Shown in pieces: positions 9,865-19,018 of a DNA stretch of 64,000 nt. Under the pieces are notes generated by a model, which saw nothing but the letters and a program-made list of their open reading frames with translations, was not told where the DNA came from and searched no databases. How positions within the stretch are numbered: the stretch's first letter is position 1; each line of letters opens with the position of its first letter. The translations under genes and the position numbers were made by a program. The DNA is from a virus. The stretch spans positions 76,595 to 140,594 of IMG/VR virus record IMGVR_UViG_3300017917_002795; one strand, 5' to 3'.

Positions 9865-10418
9865 AGTCGTTTTCCGTGTTTATTTACAAATTGTTCTACA
9901 AGTTTATTTCTACGTTCTTCAGATGGTGCGTGAGCATATAACCAGATAAATGATGCTTCTATGGCGGCTAATTCTTCACGCTTATGCATTATCCGTTGTT
10001 TCAATATATCTTTATCCTCAGGATCTATGGAGTGCGTTATATTCAATCTATGGCATATTTCATACAATGCAAACAAATCAAATTCTTCAGCTGCATTTGT
10101 AGCTTCTACATATAATTCATGAAGACTTGTATCTGCACATCGGTCCGGATGAGTGTGTTTTGCAATTTCTCGGTACAATCGTTTTACTTTGTCTCGAGTG
10201 CTAGCATCCACTGTGTCAGGATCAATGCGTCGTTTTGCTGGACGTTCTGGCATTGATTCTGGTTCAGGCTCTGGTTCTCCGTTTGCTTCTCTAACACGTT
10301 TTAAAAATTCTGTTTTGTTAGCGGCAATGATTTCTTGTTTGTATTCTTCATCTAACAATAAAAAACTATATTCTTGCAACAATTTCTTCACCTCAAGATG
10401 CTGTATTTTATCATTCAT
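9861..10418 (-). CDS. J-domain (DnaJ-like) co-chaperone
   Basis: VKRLYREIAKHTHPDR is J-domain helix II plus the HPD motif; 4-bp overlap with the DUF2827-like gene. Confidence 0.75.
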   Translation of the reverse strand: MNDKIQHLEVKKLLQEYSFLLLDEEYKQEIIAANKTEFLKRVREANGEPEPEPESMPERPAKRRIDPDTVDASTRDKVKRLYREIAKHTHPDRCADTSLHELYVEATNAAEEFDLFALYEICHRLNITHSIDPEDKDILKQRIMHKREELAAIEASFIWLYAHAPSEERRNKLVEQFVNKHGKRL

Positions 10419-10424
10419 TGCCGG

Positions 10425-10470
10425 TTTATAATAAATATGATAAGATATTTTAATACGGATATTTATATAT
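10425..10470. promoter_or_regulatory. Divergent pair of ATATTTAT late-type promoter motifs
   Basis: ATAAATAT at 10431-10438 (ATATTTAT on the - strand, before the J-domain gene) and ATATTTAT at 10459-10466 (before 10488). Confidence 0.65.
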
Positions 10471-10487
10471 AAAAAAAGTTAACGGAT

Positions 10488-13400
10488 ATGCCAATTGCTA
10501 GCAAGAACATTAATGCCGAAAAGATCCAGGGAAATTTAGACATCACCACAGTCAGTGCTTCAGCATTTACTGGTAGTTTCATTGGAGATGGTGCTGGTTT
10601 ATACAACTTACCAACCGGTTCATTGTTAACTACCGCATCATTCAATGCTTATACAGGATCTAATACTAGCCAATTTGCCGGAACTGCATCATTTGCATAT
10701 AGTTCTAGCGACGCCATTACAGCATCATACTATGCAGAAACAGATCCTATCTTTACAGCAGTTTCTGGGACATTTACGACAACAGCATCATTTGAAGCAT
10801 TTACAGGTTCAATTCAACCACAAGTTGATGCCCTGATTGCTGCAACATCAAGCTATGTTCAATCAAGCCAAACTGCTTCAATGACTGTATTGAGTTCATC
10901 TTATGCTCAAACAGCCTCAAATATATTAGGTGGCAAAGCAACACATGTACCATACTTCATAACAGACACAACACTAGCTACTAGCTCAATATATCAATCA
11001 GGTTCAACTAGTGTTATAATCAACCAAGATAACAATACAACAGCCAATCCAGAAGCATTGTATGTTTGGCAACCAAGTACCACATCAATCAATGTAATAT
11101 CCGGAAAAGGTAATTTAAACAATTACTTGCAATTGAATATCCAAAATACCAATCAAGGCCCAGATGCATCATCAGATATCGTAGCAACAGCGAATAACGG
11201 AAGCGAAACGGACAACTACATTGATATGGGTATCAATAGTCAGAATTATGCTGGATTTTTAGGAGGACCAAACGACTCATATTTATACTCCCATGGTCAA
11301 AATATGTGGTTCGGAAACATCAATGATGGCCATGATATAATCTTCTTTAATAGTTCAAGTCAAGAGGCAATCATAAAACTTACGGCTGCTGGTCAAGCTG
11401 AAATAACTGGATCGCTGTTTGGTACTGCATCATGGGCTAGAAATGCTGTAAGCGCATCAACCACAGTAACTGCATCTTATGCTATATTAGCAGAAAATGC
11501 TAAAAATGCAGTAAGCGCATCTCATGCTACAAATTCAATGAATTCATTGAATGCCATAAGCGCATCTCATGCGTTATTGGCTGATAATGCCCTTGCAGCA
11601 AATTATGCAGCTAGCGCCGGGAATGGTGGAGTAACCCAACTAATAGCCGGATCTGGTGTTACATTATTGCCCCCAAGCGGATTAGGCAATGTAACGGTGA
11701 TTGCCACAGGTACAGGTGGTGTAACAATCATATCCGGATCGATTGTAACTGGATCATTCACTAATACAACATCATACACATTCAATCACAACCTAGGCAT
11801 TAGAACACCTATCATAACAGTATTTGATTCCAATTACAATCAAATTATTCCACAAAATATACAACTTGTAGACACAGCTAGCGCCATAATAACATTTCCA
11901 ACTCTAGAAAGTGGATTTGCCATTGGGTCAACTGGTGGAACAACCGGAACTGCACTATCTTCTTCATATTCTACATTTTCAACATATGCAGACACAGCAT
12001 CATATTTTGCAGAAACAGATCCAGTATTTGTAGCTCGAAGTGCATCATTAGCAACGACGGGTTCAAACACGTTTAGAGGTAACCAAACAATATCAGGTTC
12101 AGTAACAATAACTGGATCATTAACTGTATCTGGATCAAGCACATTTACAAAGATAGGTCCTTCTATATTTAGTGGTAGTGTGACTTTGGTAAATGGTGCT
12201 ACTGGTTCTTTATTTGGAACATCATCATTTGCAATAACTGCATCATATGCCCTAAATGTACTAAGCGCATCATACGCTCAGACATCATCATATGCTTTAC
12301 AAGTATTAAGTGCTTCATATGCTTTAACATCTTCATATGCTACATTTGCTGAAACTGCTTCATCTTCGTTAAATGCACAAGATATTTTGATATATGTTTT
12401 AAACCAATCCGGTCAAAATATTGCAAAAGGTGTTGTAGTTCATATAACTGCATCTGGAAACTCAAGTGACATCCCTAGAATCATAACAGCATCATATGAA
12501 AATGATTCAAATTCAGCTAACACTTTAGGTGTTACAAATCAAGCAATTGCAAATGGTGGTTTAGGTTATGTAATGACTGAAGGTGTGCTTAGAGGGATTG
12601 ATACTTCAAATTTCCAATCGGGTCAATTAATATATTTAGGTGCAACTGGTTCTATAATTGGAACTGCTCCTGTAGCACCTCTACATGCTGTGCGTTTAGG
12701 CCAAGTAGTAAGAGAACAATCAAATAATGGTTCAGTTTATGTTCGTGTAGATAACGGTTATGAAATAGGTGAATTACATGATGTTAGAGATACAACTACA
12801 ACTAGTTCATTTGGTGATTTATTAATTAAGAGTGGTAGTGTTTGGACTAACTCAAAACAACTAACAGGCTCATACGGAATAACAGGCTCCCTAACAATAT
12901 CAGGTTCTTCTACTTTTACCAATATAGGCCCTGCTGTATTTACGGGTAGTGTTAATATAACAGGTTCTACTACACAAACAGGAAATAATACGTTAATTGG
13001 TAACACAACATTAAGTGGTAGTATTGATGTAAGCGGATCTCAAACCTTTAATGGTACATCATCTTTCTATGGTAATCATCTATTAAGTGGAAGTAATACT
13101 ATTAGAGGAAATACTTTTATGTTTGGTAACATACAAGTAAGTGGATCTTCTAATTTTAATAACAGTGAATTCATAGTAACTGGTTCTACATCTATCTTAG
13201 GTAATTTCAATGTAAAAGGTACATCTGTATTCTCAGATACAACATTTACAGTTACTGGATCTCAGTATTTCACCGGATCATCTTTTATAAACGGCAATCA
13301 AACGTTAACAGGTAATTCAACAGTTACGGGTTCGTTAAATGTATTGGGAAATATCAACGTAGTAAGTGGTTCATCTTTTACGAGATGGGGTAACAAATTA

Positions 13401-13835
13401 TTCAATTATGGACAATTCGCCCATACAGCATCCATCCCAGTAACAGCAAATGTATCAGCATCATTTGTTTTACCATTAACCTATTTTAATGATGGTGTAC
13501 GCATAACTAGTGGTAGTAGAATCACATTTGAAAATACTGGTTTATATAACATACAATATTCAGCGATAGCAAATCAAGGAGTAGGATCGCCTACTTTACG
13601 TCTATGGTTTAGAAAAACAGGATCAAATATAGATAATTCTACTTCAATAGTACAATTACAAAACAATAGTCAAACAGCATTAACCTATAATTTTGCATTT
13701 CCTTTTAATGCAAATGAATATGTTGAATTGTGGTATCAATCAAGCACAGCAAACACATCATTCCCATACACAGCTGCAGGAAACGGATTTCCAGCATCGC
13801 CATCGATAATATTAACAGTAACACAGATAGCATAA
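10488..13835 (+). CDS. Large modular tail fibre/adhesin
   Basis: TASYA and TGS repeats, an HNLG domain, an internal domain paralogous to 14795..15391, and a C-terminal TNF/C1q-like domain (RITFENTGLYNIQYS...YVELW). Confidence 0.65.
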   Translation: MPIASKNINAEKIQGNLDITTVSASAFTGSFIGDGAGLYNLPTGSLLTTASFNAYTGSNTSQFAGTASFAYSSSDAITASYYAETDPIFTAVSGTFTTTASFEAFTGSIQPQVDALIAATSSYVQSSQTASMTVLSSSYAQTASNILGGKATHVPYFITDTTLATSSIYQSGSTSVIINQDNNTTANPEALYVWQPSTTSINVISGKGNLNNYLQLNIQNTNQGPDASSDIVATANNGSETDNYIDMGINSQNYAGFLGGPNDSYLYSHGQNMWFGNINDGHDIIFFNSSSQEAIIKLTAAGQAEITGSLFGTASWARNAVSASTTVTASYAILAENAKNAVSASHATNSMNSLNAISASHALLADNALAANYAASAGNGGVTQLIAGSGVTLLPPSGLGNVTVIATGTGGVTIISGSIVTGSFTNTTSYTFNHNLGIRTPIITVFDSNYNQIIPQNIQLVDTASAIITFPTLESGFAIGSTGGTTGTALSSSYSTFSTYADTASYFAETDPVFVARSASLATTGSNTFRGNQTISGSVTITGSLTVSGSSTFTKIGPSIFSGSVTLVNGATGSLFGTSSFAITASYALNVLSASYAQTSSYALQVLSASYALTSSYATFAETASSSLNAQDILIYVLNQSGQNIAKGVVVHITASGNSSDIPRIITASYENDSNSANTLGVTNQAIANGGLGYVMTEGVLRGIDTSNFQSGQLIYLGATGSIIGTAPVAPLHAVRLGQVVREQSNNGSVYVRVDNGYEIGELHDVRDTTTTSSFGDLLIKSGSVWTNSKQLTGSYGITGSLTISGSSTFTNIGPAVFTGSVNITGSTTQTGNNTLIGNTTLSGSIDVSGSQTFNGTSSFYGNHLLSGSNTIRGNTFMFGNIQVSGSSNFNNSEFIVTGSTSILGNFNVKGTSVFSDTTFTVTGSQYFTGSSFINGNQTLTGNSTVTGSLNVLGNINVVSGSSFTRWGNKLFNYGQFAHTASIPVTANVSASFVLPLTYFNDGVRITSGSRITFENTGLYNIQYSAIANQGVGSPTLRLWFRKTGSNIDNSTSIVQLQNNSQTALTYNFAFPFNANEYVELWYQSSTANTSFPYTAAGNGFPASPSIILTVTQIA

Positions 13836-13836
13836 A

Positions 13837-14478
13837 ATGAGAATATTTCAACCCATAATCTCCGGATCATTTACAACCTCAGGATCTGTATTTTTACAAG
13901 GTTTAACATCTACATCTCAGCCAAATGTTATTTTAATTGATACTGCATCTGGACAATTATACTTTACATCATCCGCTGATTTTGGCAGTGGTAATGTAGA
14001 TACCGGTTCATTGTTAACTACTGCATCATTCAATGCATATACTGGATCTAATACTAGCCAATTTGCTGGAACTTCATCATTTGCTCAAACTACTAACACT
14101 GCAATAACAGCTCAAACTGCATCATATAGCAGTATTTTAACGGTTAGTAGTAAATTATTAATTGATGCTACATTAACGGATTATGCATCTGTCACATCTA
14201 CAATTGTAGGGTCAAATAACCTTGTTACACAGGCAACAGGATCATATACATCTGCATTTGGTAAGTATACGTTACATAATGGCGCAAATGCAAGATCCGG
14301 AGAGTTTTGGACGGTATGGAACGGCACAACAACAGTGTATACAGATACATCAACCAATGACATCGGAAACACTGATACAATTACATTTAATTCAGCCATA
14401 ATCGGAAACAACATACAAATAGATGCAGTAGCTGGTTCATCTGGCTGGTCTGTGAAAATGCTAATAACTTTCATATAA
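13837..14478 (+). CDS. Fibre-associated structural protein
   Basis: Shares an 83-bp module with 10488..13835; TGS-rich. Confidence 0.5.
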   Translation: MRIFQPIISGSFTTSGSVFLQGLTSTSQPNVILIDTASGQLYFTSSADFGSGNVDTGSLLTTASFNAYTGSNTSQFAGTSSFAQTTNTAITAQTASYSSILTVSSKLLIDATLTDYASVTSTIVGSNNLVTQATGSYTSAFGKYTLHNGANARSGEFWTVWNGTTTVYTDTSTNDIGNTDTITFNSAIIGNNIQIDAVAGSSGWSVKMLITFI

Positions 14479-14526
14479 CATATTTATAATAAACCGAGTC
14501 TTGGATAGGGAAAAGATTTAGAAATT

Positions 14527-14763
14527 ATGGCTAACGAATTCATAGCACGCAACGGCCTTATTGCACAAAACAACACAGTTATAACTGGTTCATTGACCGT
14601 AACAAACGGTATTACAGGAAGTTTATATGGAACTGCAAGTTGGGCCACACAAGCCATAACAGCATCATTCTTGCCCATCGGAACATACAACATAACATCG
14701 AGTTGGGCCGTAAGTGCATCAAACTCAATATCCGCATCATACATTGACGGAGGATTTTATTAA
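14527..14763 (+). CDS. Small TGS-rich structural protein
   Basis: MANEFIARNGL start; GSLYGTASWA motif; DGGFY end; ATATTTAT at 14480. Confidence 0.5.
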   Translation: MANEFIARNGLIAQNNTVITGSLTVTNGITGSLYGTASWATQAITASFLPIGTYNITSSWAVSASNSISASYIDGGFY

Positions 14764-14794
14764 TGTATATTTATATAAAAAAATGATGTAAATT

Positions 14795-15391
14795 ATGTCG
14801 ACTAGAACCATACATTGGACCGAAGATACTAAAACGATGAAAATCCGCACTGACATTCCGGGATTTTTCATTGAGTTCAGCAATCAGATGGTTTACCGCA
14901 TAAAAAACGAAACTGGCACGACATTAACACCGGGTACGGTTGTGCGGTTTTCTGGTTCTGACACATTTCCTACGGTTGCATTAGCTGATTATACTTCATA
15001 CGCAACATCAGAAGGAACATTGGGAATTGTAGCACATTCAATATCCAATGACGCTGAAGGATATGTAGTAACAGCCGGTATAGCTCGAAACATCCCGTTA
15101 ACTGGATATGACAACGGTACAGACCTTTATTTGCATTCCTCCGGTTCATTCACTGCAACACGTCCTACCGCACCTCTTCCGGAAGTGTATTTAGGTACTG
15201 TGATACGATCAGGCAGCGCTGGCATAATGAGTGTAAACATTGAATTAGGCGCTGAATTAGAAGAATTGCATAATGTTAAAATAAATAATCCTAACAATGG
15301 AGATATATTATCTTGGGATTCAACACAAAACGTTTGGAAAAATATTAACAACACAAATTCATCCTCCTCGGTAGATGGCGGAACATATTAA
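14795..15391 (+). CDS. Structural protein with a cement/decoration-like domain
   Basis: KNETG...TLGIV...GYVVTAG...LYL...P.AP...ELEELHNV; paralogous to an internal domain of 10488..13835. Confidence 0.45.
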   Translation: MSTRTIHWTEDTKTMKIRTDIPGFFIEFSNQMVYRIKNETGTTLTPGTVVRFSGSDTFPTVALADYTSYATSEGTLGIVAHSISNDAEGYVVTAGIARNIPLTGYDNGTDLYLHSSGSFTATRPTAPLPEVYLGTVIRSGSAGIMSVNIELGAELEELHNVKINNPNNGDILSWDSTQNVWKNINNTNSSSSVDGGTY

Positions 15392-15403
15392 TATATTTAA
15401 AAG

Positions 15404-16093
15404 ATGGCAGATAAAATATTACATAAACGTAGTTTAACACCAGGCAGTGTTCCTACAACCGCATCAATTCTTCCAGGCGAATTGGCAATAAATGTACCAG
15501 ATGGTAAATTGTTTTTACGGCAATCTGGCAGTGTAGAACGAATCGTTAACATAGGAGAATCGGCTTCATTTGCAGCAACTGCATCATTTGCCACTTCAGC
15601 GTCCACAGTACCTGCTAGTGGTGTTGTAGGTTTAAATTTATCTCAAATAGCAACAGGGAGTGTAACTGCATCTGTTTCTGCAACACAATTTACAGTTTCC
15701 AGCGGAAGCACAACAGAATTCACTGTGACAGGAACGGGGGTGACCATAGGAAGTGTTATAACAGATACACATACCGTTACCGGTTCATTACTCGTGTCTG
15801 GATCAGTCATTGCAGCAAGTTTTTCTGGTTCATTTACTGGTTCATATACTGGTTCATTTAGAGGTGATGGATCCCTTTTAACGGGTATAGAAAACATTCG
15901 ACGAAGCGATTTTACTGGGTCAGTTGATCCAAATATCAGTTTGCTTTATTTAGGTGAAGCACGGCTTGGATCTTTAGAATCAGATGCAGTTTGGAGTATT
16001 TCTCAACTCACTATATCTTCATCTGGGGCAACAACCACACGAACCACTTCAAGTGCAGCTTGGACAAACAGATACACATACACATATTTATAA
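15404..16093 (+). CDS. Tail fibre-related protein
   Basis: N-terminal KRSLTPGSVPT..I.PGELAIN..DGKLF is a common phage fibre N-terminal motif. Confidence 0.55.
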   Translation: MADKILHKRSLTPGSVPTTASILPGELAINVPDGKLFLRQSGSVERIVNIGESASFAATASFATSASTVPASGVVGLNLSQIATGSVTASVSATQFTVSSGSTTEFTVTGTGVTIGSVITDTHTVTGSLLVSGSVIAASFSGSFTGSYTGSFRGDGSLLTGIENIRRSDFTGSVDPNISLLYLGEARLGSLESDAVWSISQLTISSSGATTTRTTSSAAWTNRYTYTYL

Positions 16094-16106
16094 TAAAGGA
16101 AATGTT

Positions 16107-16397
16107 ATGCCAATACAATCTGTAAACCCGATCATAGTAGATGACGTTGAATATCCATACTACACAGTAAACCTATCAATTTCACCTTTAGTTAAAGACA
16201 CGGAAGTTGGTGCTAGTGTTGCAATGCGTTTAACACCGTACCGTGAATTGGAGGGAGGACGCCCTGATATATTACAAGGACATGATCAGCCTGTGGTTTA
16301 TTTGGATGTATTTGCTTCTGAAGACGTGCCAGCTGAAACGGCAGCATACAACATTTTAGGAATCATTCAACAATTCATAACGGAAAAAGGATTGTAA
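16107..16397 (+). CDS. Small protein preceding the paralog array (possible adaptor or chaperone)
   Basis: ATG 16107 follows ATATTTAT (16084) and AAGGA; its stop directly abuts 16398. Confidence 0.55.
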   Translation: MPIQSVNPIIVDDVEYPYYTVNLSISPLVKDTEVGASVAMRLTPYRELEGGRPDILQGHDQPVVYLDVFASEDVPAETAAYNILGIIQQFITEKGL

Positions 16398-17813
16398 ATG
16401 CCGAATAGATGGCCCATAGCAAGTGGTAATTGGAGTAATTCCACAATTTGGAATGGTGGTTTAGGAGTACCTACAGCATCTGATGATGTATATGCTAATA
16501 GTCAATCAATTTATATTGATACCGATATAACAGTACTAACATTACGTAATGCAGCTATAACCGGTGTAACACAAGGTGGAATATTTTATTTAAATAATGG
16601 TGTTAATGTTAATTTAACAGGCGTACCGGCAATGTTCCATACAGGACCTTCAGTATTTGCAGTTACAAACACTCCATTGGTAATAATATCTGGATCGAAT
16701 ACTGCAACTATTACTGGCAGTTTAGGAGCAACTTTATTTGGTCCAAAAATACATTTACAAGATAATTCAAGTTTACGTATTTCTGGAAGTGTAGTTTCTA
16801 CAACTAACACAGCAAATATAGGAATACGACATAGTTCAACTGGTAATCTAACTATAACGGGTAGCATCACCGGTAGTTCGGGAGGAGGATCAGCTCATTG
16901 TATATATGTCGATGGATCTGGTTCTTTATTCATTTCTGGTAGCGTATTAGGAGCAGGATCGTCTTATGGCATATACAATTTATCATCAGGAAATGTTCGT
17001 ATTATAGGAACAATCACCGGCGCTAGTGGTAACAATACAGCAGTTTCTGTATATAATTTATCTAATGGAAATATTATAGTTACAGGTAGTATTTTAGGTG
17101 CACCTGATGCTAACTTTAATGGTAAACAGGGTATATACAATGCAGGCGCTGGAAGTGTCTACATTTCCGGCAGTGTGTTTGGAGGTCGAGGCGGCCAACA
17201 AGCAAATGGAGTAGCAAATGCATCAGTAGGTACGGTTATTATAGATGGCACCGTAACAGCTGGTCAAGCTGGCTCTGGACCGAACGCTTCAATGTACGGT
17301 GTATTTAACTCAGGAACGGGAACTTTAATTGTTAGAGGAGCTATCTCAGCTAGTATAATATCACCAGGTGTTGGAGCTACGTCAACTACATCAACAAACC
17401 TATTCACAGGCCCATTTCGTAACACAGGTTCATTCAATGCAGTTTACGCATATCGTATGCAAATGTTAAGCACTTCATCTCAATGGACATTTGATACTGA
17501 AGTAGCGGGTGTAACAAAAACCCTAACTACCATAGAATCTATAACTGGAGCTCCATCTGCATCTAATGTTAGGGATGGTGTTACTTATGGTTTAAATGGC
17601 AATTTAACGGGTTCACTTAAAATGCCTAATCCAACAACTGTTCGACTTGGAGTTGCAACAGATAATACAACAGGCTCTGCCATTTTAACAGCAGAAGATA
17701 TGTTTAATGTTGCAACACAAACATTAACTACCTCGGGTAGTATAGGAAATTTATTAACCGGATCTTCCACTGTGCAAACAACGGGAGCTACCATATCCGC
17801 ATTTAAAGTATAA
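16398..17813 (+). CDS. Beta-helix-like adhesin/fibre, paralog 1 (MPNRW family)
   Basis: Conserved N-terminus W...VPTASDDVYAN; Gly/Ser/Thr repeats; conserved C-terminus P..SNVR.G..YG...TGS. Confidence 0.65.
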   Translation: MPNRWPIASGNWSNSTIWNGGLGVPTASDDVYANSQSIYIDTDITVLTLRNAAITGVTQGGIFYLNNGVNVNLTGVPAMFHTGPSVFAVTNTPLVIISGSNTATITGSLGATLFGPKIHLQDNSSLRISGSVVSTTNTANIGIRHSSTGNLTITGSITGSSGGGSAHCIYVDGSGSLFISGSVLGAGSSYGIYNLSSGNVRIIGTITGASGNNTAVSVYNLSNGNIIVTGSILGAPDANFNGKQGIYNAGAGSVYISGSVFGGRGGQQANGVANASVGTVIIDGTVTAGQAGSGPNASMYGVFNSGTGTLIVRGAISASIISPGVGATSTTSTNLFTGPFRNTGSFNAVYAYRMQMLSTSSQWTFDTEVAGVTKTLTTIESITGAPSASNVRDGVTYGLNGNLTGSLKMPNPTTVRLGVATDNTTGSAILTAEDMFNVATQTLTTSGSIGNLLTGSSTVQTTGATISAFKV

Positions 17814-17815
17814 TT

Positions 17816-19015
17816 ATGCCGAATAGATGGGCTATATCATCAGGTAATTGGAGTAATGCTGCTATATGGAGTGGTAGTATAATACCTACTGCATCTGACG
17901 ATGTATATGCTAACAATCAAACAGTTACAATAGACCAAAACATTACCGTACTTAGCTTAAGAAATTCTACATCTGTTGGAGGTAGTGGTATAGCAGGCGG
18001 TATCTCTGCAAGTGGGCAATTTATATTAAATGATTATATTACTATAACAACAACTGGTTTAGGAGTATATGCTACAAATCCGGCTTGTGTAAATTATAGT
18101 GGATCCTTTTCTGCATCAATTATTGCTAACTGCTATGCATCGCATACCACAGATGCTATACCAGGCGTATTGAATTCAGGTTCAGGTATACTTAATATAA
18201 TAGGAAATGGTTATGGTTCTGGTAACGCTCCATTTGCTGGTGCACGAGCAGGTACACCTGGTATAATTAATAGAAGTACCGGAACAATAAATATATTAGG
18301 TAATGGTTATGGTGGAATAGGTGTAAACGGTGGTAGTGACGGAATACGTAATAATGGAGCTGGTAGTATTAATATTACCGGAAGTTTATATTCAATATTA
18401 ATACCATCAAATGGAAATACAACTAATGCAGGTGCTAGAAATTCGTCAACTGGAACTATTAATATTTCTGGTAGCATCATATCAGGCTTTGGCGTTGCAT
18501 TAATTAATGATTCTACTGGGCCTATTAACATAATAGGCTCTATATATTCATCTAATAATGCTGTTGGAGTATCGTCAACATCTACTGGAATTATAACAGC
18601 AACAGGCCCATTCTACAACACCAATACCCGTAACGCAGTATTTGCACAAAATCTCCAATTTATATCAGGATCGCCTACCACATGGACATTTGATACAGAA
18701 ACTTTTGGAGGTACAACAACATTATATTCATCTGGCTCAGTATCTGGTTATCCATCCACCTCAAATGTAAGAGCAGGAATCATATATGGAGACACAAACC
18801 AATTTACAGGCGTTGTAGTAATACCTTCTGCATCAAATGTAATTCGAGGTGCATTAGTAGATAACACTACTGGTTCAGCTTCATTCAATGTAAATAATGC
18901 ATGGAGTGCATTAACAAGCAGTTTATCATTAACAGGAAGTTTAGGGGCACGTTTACGCAACGTTTCAACAGTTACAACAGCCGCAGGCGCAATAGCTTCA
19001 AAAGGAAAATTATAA
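17816..19015 (+). CDS. Beta-helix-like adhesin/fibre, paralog 2
   Basis: Same N- and C-terminal motifs as paralog 1. Confidence 0.65.
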   Translation: MPNRWAISSGNWSNAAIWSGSIIPTASDDVYANNQTVTIDQNITVLSLRNSTSVGGSGIAGGISASGQFILNDYITITTTGLGVYATNPACVNYSGSFSASIIANCYASHTTDAIPGVLNSGSGILNIIGNGYGSGNAPFAGARAGTPGIINRSTGTINILGNGYGGIGVNGGSDGIRNNGAGSINITGSLYSILIPSNGNTTNAGARNSSTGTINISGSIISGFGVALINDSTGPINIIGSIYSSNNAVGVSSTSTGIITATGPFYNTNTRNAVFAQNLQFISGSPTTWTFDTETFGGTTTLYSSGSVSGYPSTSNVRAGIIYGDTNQFTGVVVIPSASNVIRGALVDNTTGSASFNVNNAWSALTSSLSLTGSLGARLRNVSTVTTAAGAIASKGKL

Positions 19016-19018
19016 GAT

